This document shows, piece by piece, positions 47,612 through 54,783 of a stretch of DNA of 54,783 bases. A model generated the notes under the pieces. That model searched no databases. It was not told where the DNA came from and saw only the letters and a program-made list of their open reading frames with translations. Source of the stretch: Candidatus Nanohalarchaeota archaeon QJJ-7 (GTDB taxonomy: Archaea > Nanohalarchaeota > Nanosalinia > Nanosalinales > Nanohalalkaliarchaeaceae). Position 1 is the stretch's first letter. Each line of letters begins with the position of its first letter. The translations under genes were made by a program, and so were the position numbers. The stretch lies in assembly GCA_022865215.1 (NCBI GenBank), contig JALIDP010000002.1, forward strand, positions 1 to 54,783, written 5' to 3'.

Positions 47612-48820
47612 TCACAGGTAGAGGGTCTCCTCCAGCATGTCTTCGAGGTCATCCTGCGCGTTGTCTGAGAGGTCTACAGATATCTGTCGTGTCCTCCCGT
47701 GCCTCCCCTTGGAGACCACCTCTCCGTTTATCACTCCAAGCATGTCGAGCTCCGCTATGAGGTCAGATACCCGTCTCTGCGTGAGAACTTTCACACCGGC
47801 ATCGTTCGCGTACTCTTTGTATTCTGAATAGATGTCTCCGGTCGCCAGTTTGCTTCCCTCTTCGTAGTTCTTCAGGACGACGTATAGCAACAGCTTGGAC
47901 TGCTTCGGCTGTGAACGGATCGTCTCCTTCAGCCGGTCCTTCTCTATCTTCTCCTGCGCCCGGTCGACGAACTCGATAGTCGCCTGGGACTCGTTGGATC
48001 TCTCGGTCAGTTCCCCTGCAACACGTAGAAGGTCCAGAGCTCTACGGGCGTCACCGTGCTCGGACGCGGCGAGAGCCGCACACTTCGATACCACTCCGTC
48101 CGCCAGGACATCGTCGTGGAACGCGTCTTCCGTTCTCTGCAACAATATCTCTTTCAGCTCCAGTGCGTTGTAAGGTGGAAAGATTATCTCCTCCTCAGAC
48201 AGCGAAGACTTGACACGCGAATCCATGTACTCTGTGAAGTTCAGGTCGTTAGATATCCCGACTATAGAGACCTTGGTGTCTTCCAGATCGTCGTTGATCC
48301 TGGTCAGGTTGTAGAGGAAACTGTCTCCTATCTTCTTCACCAGCGCATCGATCTCGTCCAGTATGATTATCACCACGTCCTCCTCTCCTTCTTCCAGGGC
48401 CGTGAAGAACCGGTCGTAGACCTCATCAGTAGGAAGACCTGTTGAAGGGACTTCCTCTCCCAGTTCCCTTGCCAGCTGCGCGCTAAGCCGGTACTCGGTG
48501 TCGGCCACCTTCTTCATCTTGCAGTTGACGTGGACTATCTTGAGGCTCTCTTCCGACTTCTCTGCAGCTTCTCTTAGTTCGCCTGAAACATGTTTGACAC
48601 AGAGTGATTTCCCTGTGCCAACAGTCCCGTACACAAACAGATTAGAAGGATCGTCTCCTTTCAGGGAGGGTGCCAGGATAGATGCCAGCTCATCGATCTG
48701 ACTGTCCCGGTGGAGGATCTCGTCTGGTTTGTAAGAAGTATCAAGCAACTCCTTGTTCTTGAATACGCTCTCCTTCTCCAGATATTCCGAAAACATCTGT
48801 TGGAGCTGTTCGTCCCCCAC
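47612..48820 (-). CDS. cdc6: Orc1/Cdc6 replication initiator
   Basis: GTVGTGKS, LDEID, FPPY, GDARRALDLLR, winged helix with S.GR.GRTR. Confidence 0.97.
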   Translation of the reverse strand: MGDEQLQQMFSEYLEKESVFKNKELLDTSYKPDEILHRDSQIDELASILAPSLKGDDPSNLFVYGTVGTGKSLCVKHVSGELREAAEKSEESLKIVHVNCKMKKVADTEYRLSAQLARELGEEVPSTGLPTDEVYDRFFTALEEGEEDVVIIILDEIDALVKKIGDSFLYNLTRINDDLEDTKVSIVGISNDLNFTEYMDSRVKSSLSEEEIIFPPYNALELKEILLQRTEDAFHDDVLADGVVSKCAALAASEHGDARRALDLLRVAGELTERSNESQATIEFVDRAQEKIEKDRLKETIRSQPKQSKLLLYVVLKNYEEGSKLATGDIYSEYKEYANDAGVKVLTQRRVSDLIAELDMLGVINGEVVSKGRHGRTRQISVDLSDNAQDDLEDMLEETLYL

Positions 48821-48898
48821 GTTATTCCACCATCATCAGAAGTGTGACCGAATCAGTTTCAAACGTTTAAATCTGTTTTGCAAAAGAACTTTCCCCCA

Positions 48899-49022
48899 CC
48901 ACCCCTTCATTTCCATTGGAGAATTAAAACAACACATCATACAGATAACAGTGTTATATAATGTTGTTAATACCTGTTGTGTATCTGAAACTAGTTTCCA
49001 CCCGAAACAAAGGTGTTGGGGT
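48899..49022. other. Replication origin (oriC): inverted ORBs flanking an AT-rich DUE
   Basis: Minus-strand CTCCAATGGAAATGAAGGGGTGG (48899-48921) and plus-strand TTCCACCCGAAACAAAGGTGTTGGGGT (48996-49022) flank an AT-rich stretch immediately upstream of cdc6. Confidence 0.85.
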
Positions 49023-49074
49023 CCTGTCGCTTTGATCATCAATAGATAAAAAGATTCCGAACGTTCGGACAACC

Positions 49075-49266
49075 ATGGAAAGGGCCTTCGAGACACTTGA
49101 GAACTCGGAAAGACCTCTCTCCACTAACGAAGTGGCGGACCGCCTGGAGGTCGACTGGCATACTGCAAAGAAAAGGCTCGAGAAGTTGGTGAACAAGGAA
49201 AAGGCTGACCGGAGCGAGGTGTCGAACCGATTGACTCTCTACTGGGACCGAGAGATCCCGTTCTAG
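49075..49266 (+). CDS. Small winged-helix/HTH protein
   Basis: PLSTNEVADRLEVDWHTAKKRLEKL. Confidence 0.8.
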   Translation: MERAFETLENSERPLSTNEVADRLEVDWHTAKKRLEKLVNKEKADRSEVSNRLTLYWDREIPF

Positions 49267-50471
49267 ATCAGCGGGAAACTGATCCCGGCGTAGTACAGTA
49301 TCGTAGGTATTATGAGAGAAGCCATGCAGTGACTTCTTTTCACTTTTGATGACGCCGCCATCAGACCTATTCCTGTAGATGAGGCCAGCACAAGGAGCCC
49401 GAACCACCCGTTGAGCAAGTAACTGCCCACGATAACGAAACCTATAACGAAGTACATCAATTTCTTGTAGTCCAGTCTCTGGATGTAAGATGCGGCTTCT
49501 CGTCCTATCCGCCGAGTTACCATGGCGCCTGTCCCGATACCGACCATACACATTCCGACCACCTGAAGTATGGTGTGAAGAGTCACCTCCGGCATGACCT
49601 GCTGGATAGCGACGGCGGCACCACTCCTTGGGTTCCCTATAACATATAGGGCGATGAGAGAGAAGAAAAGGTCTGCCGTGGTTATACCCCCCATAGTGAC
49701 CAGGAAGTCCTCTATACCGGTATCCCCCATTTCTTTCACGAGAAGCGCGGACTGTGATGAGCCGAGTCCAGGCAGGAAACCAGCCATAACTCCGGCGAAG
49801 AACCCTAGAAAGCCTCCTTTAACCGTCTGGTCGACATTGACAGGTAGACTCCGCCCCTGCGAGGGTGCACTTCCCCCTTCCAGGATACCTGTGATTATGA
49901 CTGAGAGCCCGAACATGCCGGCGAAGAGAGGGAAGAGTACGTACTGGGTATTAGTTATAGGAGAATTGAGCGCCGCTAAACCAAGCAATGCGGACAGAAC
50001 AGTGACCAGTACAGCGCCTGTCCTGTTCTCCTCCTTCCAGATCATGTAGACCACGACTGTTAACAGTAGAAAGTGCATGTAGTTGGATAGGAATCCATAA
50101 AGAGGCGGGATCATGAGGAACAGAAGGGGTAGAGATATGAGCGCGATGAGAGAGGACAGGAGTCCTCCATAGACTGTCAGTTCTACGGCTTCCAGCCCCC
50201 TTCCTTCCTGAAGCATGCTGTGTCCGGGGAGGACGGAAAGCGCTGTTTCCCCTTCAGGCGCTCCGACGAAAACTGAAGGTATGAAGCTGACGAACGTGTG
50301 TACTGTAGCCATTCCGGTGGTGAAACCGAGGAAGATAGAGACATCCACACCCGTACGGAAATACAGGGGTAGAAGGAGGAAAACAACCGAGTTAGGGTGG
50401 AGGCCGGGCAGGAGACCGGTGACGATGCCCGCACCCATACCGAAGAACATAGGCCCCAGGAGCTCGAGCAT
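49263..50471 (-). CDS. Tripartite tricarboxylate transporter permease-like (TctA family) protein
   Basis: GLLPGLHPN, SVLPGH..L..GRG.EA, FLPGLG, GNPRSG; multiple TM helices. Confidence 0.85.
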   Translation of the reverse strand: MLELLGPMFFGMGAGIVTGLLPGLHPNSVVFLLLPLYFRTGVDVSIFLGFTTGMATVHTFVSFIPSVFVGAPEGETALSVLPGHSMLQEGRGLEAVELTVYGGLLSSLIALISLPLLFLMIPPLYGFLSNYMHFLLLTVVVYMIWKEENRTGAVLVTVLSALLGLAALNSPITNTQYVLFPLFAGMFGLSVIITGILEGGSAPSQGRSLPVNVDQTVKGGFLGFFAGVMAGFLPGLGSSQSALLVKEMGDTGIEDFLVTMGGITTADLFFSLIALYVIGNPRSGAAVAIQQVMPEVTLHTILQVVGMCMVGIGTGAMVTRRIGREAASYIQRLDYKKLMYFVIGFVIVGSYLLNGWFGLLVLASSTGIGLMAASSKVKRSHCMASLIIPTILYYAGISFPLI

Positions 50472-50624
50472 GCCTCTTCCTGTCCCCGGATGTCTTTAGA
50501 ACCCCTACAGATTTCCATTCCCTGTGTCTATGGAACTTGTAACAGATTTTGACTGATGTGGAAAGACACCGATCCAGACCTCGAGTGTTTTTAAAGCTGT
50601 AGAATGTGAAGTTTCCACAAGACG

Positions 50625-50936
50625 ATGTTCGATCCTTCCAACATGGAAAAGATGATGAAGCAGATGGGGATGGATATGGAGGAGATGGATGCGGAGAAAG
50701 TGACCGTGGAGACCTCCGACGGTAAGGAGCTGGTCTTCGATTCCCCCCAGTTGAACAAGATGGAAGTGCAGGGGAAAGTCCTGTTCCAGCTGCAGGGAGA
50801 TTACCAGGAGAAAGATGAGGGAGACGAGGAGGACGTCGAACTTGTGATGGAGAGGACAGGTGCTTCCCGCGAGGAAGCTGAAGCGGCTCTTGAGGATAAC
50901 GACGACCTGACGGACGCTATAATGTCGTTGGATTGA
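50625..50936 (+). CDS. nac: Nascent polypeptide-associated complex protein
   Basis: MMKQMG, NAC beta domain, UBA-like EDVELVM..TG.S.EEA..AL...DL..AI. Confidence 0.93.
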   Translation: MFDPSNMEKMMKQMGMDMEEMDAEKVTVETSDGKELVFDSPQLNKMEVQGKVLFQLQGDYQEKDEGDEEDVELVMERTGASREEAEAALEDNDDLTDAIMSLD

Positions 50937-50945
50937 CTTTTTCTT

Positions 50946-52418
50946 CTATTCCATGTACTGCAGGACGCGGGCGTAGGCCGGTCTGGTGATCCCTACCCCG
51001 ATCAGGATACCTACTATAGTGGTGACCGCGAAACCCGTGATCGTCCCCGCACCGATCTGGGTCAGGGGCAGCATAGCGCCGATGGTGGAAGCGGCACTCG
51101 TGAAAATGATGAAGAACGCGCGCTTGAACCTCTTCTTGAAGCTCATCCTCGTCCGTTTCCCTCTCTCGTCCGTGATGATCACCTGATCGTCAACCCCTGT
51201 ACCGATCGCGGCGATTATACCTGCTATCGACGGGATGTCGATGGTCCATCCTACGGCCGCGGCGAAACCGAAGATCATGATCAGCTCTGAGAACCCGGTG
51301 AGTGAGAGGGGGATAACGATCTTGGGATCTCTATACCGTATGAAGATCACGAGAGCGACGGAGAGTATAGCGACTATTATAGCGAGGATCGCGGACTGCA
51401 GGAACTGTTTTCCAAGGGTTGGAGAGACGCGTGTTGTCTGTTTTATCTTGATAGGCATCGGAAGAGCGCCCGACTGGAGGACGGACTTGAGCTTGTTCAT
51501 CTCCGTTACTGCTTCCCCTCTTGTCGATTCCCCACCGGTTATGACTGGCTGCTGGACGAGCGAGTCCTGGAAGGTGTTCCTGATGTTCAAACCACTGATA
51601 CGCTCCTGATCGAGGTAAAGGACTAGCTTGGTGTTCTGCTGTGTCGCAGGGTCGAGAAGATATCTGCTGCCTCTATCCATGTTCTGGGCGATGTCCTGGA
51701 CCCTCTCGGCCGCGGTCTCAGTGATTGAGACCTGGAACTGGAACTGCCAACCGTCTTCTGTCTGCTGGAACCCTGAGGCCTGGCTGCTTATATCAACGCC
51801 GAGCATGTCCTGCCCAGAGAACGCCAGAGGGGAGATAAACGCTCCTTCATCAGTCCTGTTTGTGTAGGTGAACTGTATATTCTCGGGACCCCGGCTGACG
51901 TTGAACGTCCCGCCCAGTTCTACGGTCTCACCGTCAACTATCAGTGTATCGCCATCGAGTTCGGTCGCGTACTGTTGGTCGCCAAGACTGATGCTGTCAC
52001 CGTCCTGGACTGTGAACGGTATGCGGGCCTCGAACCTCCCTGTCCGGTTTATGAGTTCCTGCAGGTCGGAAGTTTCGGCTCCGGCCAGTTCTATCTGGAT
52101 ATGGGTCTCTCCCGCCACGTCTACAGGTCTGATTTCCATCTCCTGGAGACCGAAAGCGCTTATCCTGGTACGGAGGGTGTCGATTATCTGGTCCACGTCC
52201 TGCGACGTGACGTCACCTTCCTCTGGTTGCGGTTTGATGAGAACTCTCGCGCCCCCCTGGAGATCCAGCCCCTGCTTGATGTTGGTGTTGAGGACAACAT
52301 CCCCGTTTTCGTTCTTGGTGTAGGGGTTGGTGGGGTTGAATATCAGGAGGAACGATACTAGAAGCGAGAGTATCAGGAACCATATCCTCCAGTCTTTCTT
52401 CATGCGCCCCCATTCCAT
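50946..52418 (-). CDS. secD: Protein translocase subunit SecD
   Basis: GLDLQGG, LQSGALP, SPTLG, GTGVDDQ, ITRPAY. Confidence 0.95.
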   Translation of the reverse strand: MEWGRMKKDWRIWFLILSLLVSFLLIFNPTNPYTKNENGDVVLNTNIKQGLDLQGGARVLIKPQPEEGDVTSQDVDQIIDTLRTRISAFGLQEMEIRPVDVAGETHIQIELAGAETSDLQELINRTGRFEARIPFTVQDGDSISLGDQQYATELDGDTLIVDGETVELGGTFNVSRGPENIQFTYTNRTDEGAFISPLAFSGQDMLGVDISSQASGFQQTEDGWQFQFQVSITETAAERVQDIAQNMDRGSRYLLDPATQQNTKLVLYLDQERISGLNIRNTFQDSLVQQPVITGGESTRGEAVTEMNKLKSVLQSGALPMPIKIKQTTRVSPTLGKQFLQSAILAIIVAILSVALVIFIRYRDPKIVIPLSLTGFSELIMIFGFAAAVGWTIDIPSIAGIIAAIGTGVDDQVIITDERGKRTRMSFKKRFKRAFFIIFTSAASTIGAMLPLTQIGAGTITGFAVTTIVGILIGVGITRPAYARVLQYME

Positions 52419-53287
52419 CAGAGATCACTCTCCACGTACCATTTGAGTATGAACGCGTTTCCAAGCCAGGTTATCGGGAGGTCTGCGAAAAGCCCTATTA
52501 TTATTACGGAAGATATCTGGTCGAGTGTGCCTGCTGGGGATACCACATAGAGAGCAGTGAAAGCTGCTATGGCTGCGAAGGTCATCGTCGAACCTGTAAG
52601 AACTGAGTCCCATATCCTGTCGTCCAGGTCCTCCTTCTTCTGCTTTAAAACCCGGGTCGACAGGAGGATATCTGTATCCACGGAGTAACCGAGCAGCATC
52701 AGGAGGGCTGCGAGAGCCCCTAGAGAAAGATCGATACCGAGTATGGACATACCCGCCATCGCGACAAGTATATCGGTGAGAGCAGCGAATATCACTGCGA
52801 GTGACGGTACGATACTCCGGAATGCTATGAAGATAACCGCAGACATTATCAGGATAGCGACGAGAGCTGCCAGTTGAGCTTCCAGGAAGAACGCGTCCCC
52901 GACCGAGGGACCGAGACTGCGGATGCTGAGTCCTCCCGACTGGTAAGAGACCCCTGCTTCTTCTAGCAAGCGTTCTACCTCGTCCTGCTCGTAGACCTCT
53001 GTGGTCGTAACCACGATCCACTTGTTACCCCCTCCAGTCATGGTACGAGCGGAGGATTCCGGCCCGAAGATGCCTTTAACCTTGTCTGCCGTAACGCTCT
53101 CTTCCACAGGTATATGGATCTCAGAACCGCTGGTGAAGTCTATACCTTTCTGCACGACAGAGCCCGTGTTAACATAACTGTATCCTAATATAGATACTGC
53201 GAGGATGAACATGAAGAGCGGCACCACCAGAATCTTCTTCGGGTGCTGGTAGATCCTGTCGAAAACCCCTCTCAGACTATAGTCCAT
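52418..53287 (-). CDS. secF: Protein translocase subunit SecF
   Basis: GIDFTSG, LGPSVG, AALLMLLGYSVDTDILL; start ATG at 53287. Confidence 0.94.
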   Translation of the reverse strand: MDYSLRGVFDRIYQHPKKILVVPLFMFILAVSILGYSYVNTGSVVQKGIDFTSGSEIHIPVEESVTADKVKGIFGPESSARTMTGGGNKWIVVTTTEVYEQDEVERLLEEAGVSYQSGGLSIRSLGPSVGDAFFLEAQLAALVAILIMSAVIFIAFRSIVPSLAVIFAALTDILVAMAGMSILGIDLSLGALAALLMLLGYSVDTDILLSTRVLKQKKEDLDDRIWDSVLTGSTMTFAAIAAFTALYVVSPAGTLDQISSVIIIGLFADLPITWLGNAFILKWYVESDL

Positions 53288-53362
53288 AAAGTGGGAAACC
53301 CTCTTGACAGGTATCTTGTCGGGAACGAATAAATTTAAAGGTGGCAGCGGTGAAAGCACGGT

Positions 53363-54783
53363 ATGGATACCCCGGATCTCAGGGAGAAGGTTGAGTCGTT
53401 CAGAGAGAAAGAGCCCAGAGAGTTGCTGCATGACTCCCGTTACGGCCTTCTTCTCTCAGCTGTTTTTGCGTTCGCTCTATGGATAAGGATGATCCCGGAG
53501 AACGGGATGCAGTACCTGCAGGCGCTCGACCCGTATATGATAGCGAGGCTTTCGGAGGCTATAGTGTCGGAAGGGCAGTTACCCCTGATAGATGCCTGGC
53601 GCTACTTCCCGTACCTTACACCGACTTTCCAGCTCAATCTCGGAGATATCGTGATACCTGCATACCTCTACCATCTCGCGTCCCCGTTCATGGACTTCAT
53701 GACCTGGGCCCAGGTCTATCCCGCGCTTTCAGGAGCTATGATGGTCCTGGCTATGTATTTCATCGGTAAGGAGCTGTTCGGTAAACAGGCGGGTATCCTG
53801 GCGGCGTTCTTCCTGGCGACCGCACCCGCGGTACTTCACCGTTCTTCCGCGGGCTGGTTCGAGAAGGAGCCGTTCGCGGCCTTCCTGATGTTCACCTCGA
53901 TATACTTCTTCACGAGGGCCTGGAAGCGGAAGGAATGGTTCTCCGGCATGGCGGCGGGAACCGCTCTAGGTATAGCACTGACGGTCTGGGGAGGTGCAAA
54001 GTTCCTGGTGCTGCTCTACCCTCTTATCGTATTCCCTGTCGCTTTCATCGATGAAGATATAGAGAACCTCCTGATCGCGTTCACACCGACACTGATCCTC
54101 GGCCACTTCATAGCTGCGATCTTCAACCCTTCCAGGTGGAGCGTCCCGAACGGAGGTCTGGTGGTAGGCCTGGGAGTTCTCGGGATGATCTGGATACGTT
54201 ATTACGTGGAGGAATACGAGGTCCTGGAAGAAGGCCAGCTGAAGTACGTTGTCCCTGGCCTGACAGGTATCGGAGGACTTCTTGGGTTCCTTTCACCACT
54301 CTATTCGCAGAGACTGGCGGGTTATGTCATGTCGTTCGTCAGTAAGGCATCGCAGGGTTCTGCGGATGTCGTAGGAGGTACAGTGGCAGAGAACCAGGCG
54401 GCGCAGGCTGGACAGATAATAGGTCAGATCGGGGCGTTCAGGTCCCAGCAGGTCCTGCCATCGGGGATTGCGTCTGTATCTGAGTTCTTCAGCGGCTGGA
54501 CGTTCTCCCTGATAGGCACATCGCTCCTGATAGCAGTGATCGCAGGGATGCTGATAAAGAAGTATTCGAGCAAGGATTCGTTCGTTCCCCGGGCAGGATA
54601 CGTGGCCTTCGCGATCTCTTTCATGGTTTTGTCGGCTTCCCTAGTGCTTATGCTTATTAAACCGCAAACTCTGGAGTCCGTGGTGGCCGCATTCTTATTT
54701 TCCACAGTGGTGGCTCTTGTCGGTACAGTGTTTTTCCTCCTGTTCCCTTCGGAGGAGATTTCACCGGATGAGAGATGGTATCT
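53363..54783 (+). CDS. aglB: Oligosaccharyltransferase AglB (STT3), partial
   Basis: Manual translation MDTPDLREK...LQALDPY...HRSSAGWFEKEP...WGG...TVAENQ (TIXE-like); multiple TM helices; runs off window end. Confidence 0.88.
   Translation, partial: MDTPDLREKVESFREKEPRELLHDSRYGLLLSAVFAFALWIRMIPENGMQYLQALDPYMIARLSEAIVSEGQLPLIDAWRYFPYLTPTFQLNLGDIVIPAYLYHLASPFMDFMTWAQVYPALSGAMMVLAMYFIGKELFGKQAGILAAFFLATAPAVLHRSSAGWFEKEPFAAFLMFTSIYFFTRAWKRKEWFSGMAAGTALGIALTVWGGAKFLVLLYPLIVFPVAFIDEDIENLLIAFTPTLILGHFIAAIFNPSRWSVPNGGLVVGLGVLGMIWIRYYVEEYEVLEEGQLKYVVPGLTGIGGLLGFLSPLYSQRLAGYVMSFVSKASQGSADVVGGTVAENQAAQAGQIIGQIGAFRSQQVLPSGIASVSEFFSGWTFSLIGTSLLIAVIAGMLIKKYSSKDSFVPRAGYVAFAISFMVLSASLVLMLIKPQTLESVVAAFLFSTVVALVGTVFFLLFPSEEISPDERWY

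Noticed and set aside
53304..54345. Short plus-strand ORFs 53304-53486, 53479-53769 and 54136-54345
   Set aside because: Out-of-frame overlaps with aglB, which the ORF track missed because it runs off the window end
1..54783. tRNA or rRNA genes
   Set aside because: No cloverleaf or rRNA signature was seen in the intergenic regions by eye

Overview
A gene-dense core-chromosome segment of a halophilic archaeon with a strongly acidic proteome. Short spacers, many apparently leaderless genes and single-domain histones suggest a DPANN/Nanohaloarchaeota-like lineage; this assignment is an inference. It carries the secE-spt5-uL11-uL1-uL10-P1 operon, three tRNA synthetases (Ala, Tyr, Ser), topA, radA, radB, RPA, Cdc48, PolB, a cdc6-PolD(DP1)-PolD(DP2) operon with an intein in DP2, secDF and a partial aglB. 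No tRNA, rRNA or CRISPR array was found. The most notable signals are mainly non-coding. (1) An H/ACA-type guide RNA (38621-38700, minus strand) has a pocket matching 23S rRNA helix 69 (Psi1915). (2) ORB boxes flank the cdc6-polD operon on both sides: an oriC at about 48.9-49.0 kb and a second ORB cluster at about 41.1 kb. (3) A 600-bp convergent spacer (32868-33469) holds three 25-bp quasi-palindromes and a four-way-junction RNA with UUCG and GAAA tetraloops. (4) A kink-turn RNA lies downstream of the canonical histone gene. Notable coding features are a charge-reversed histone upstream of rpa-radA, a tandem triplet of unknown paralogs, an ExeA-like AAA-wHTH plus PRC-barrel pair, and a PriS-like gene coupled to a divergent RtcA.
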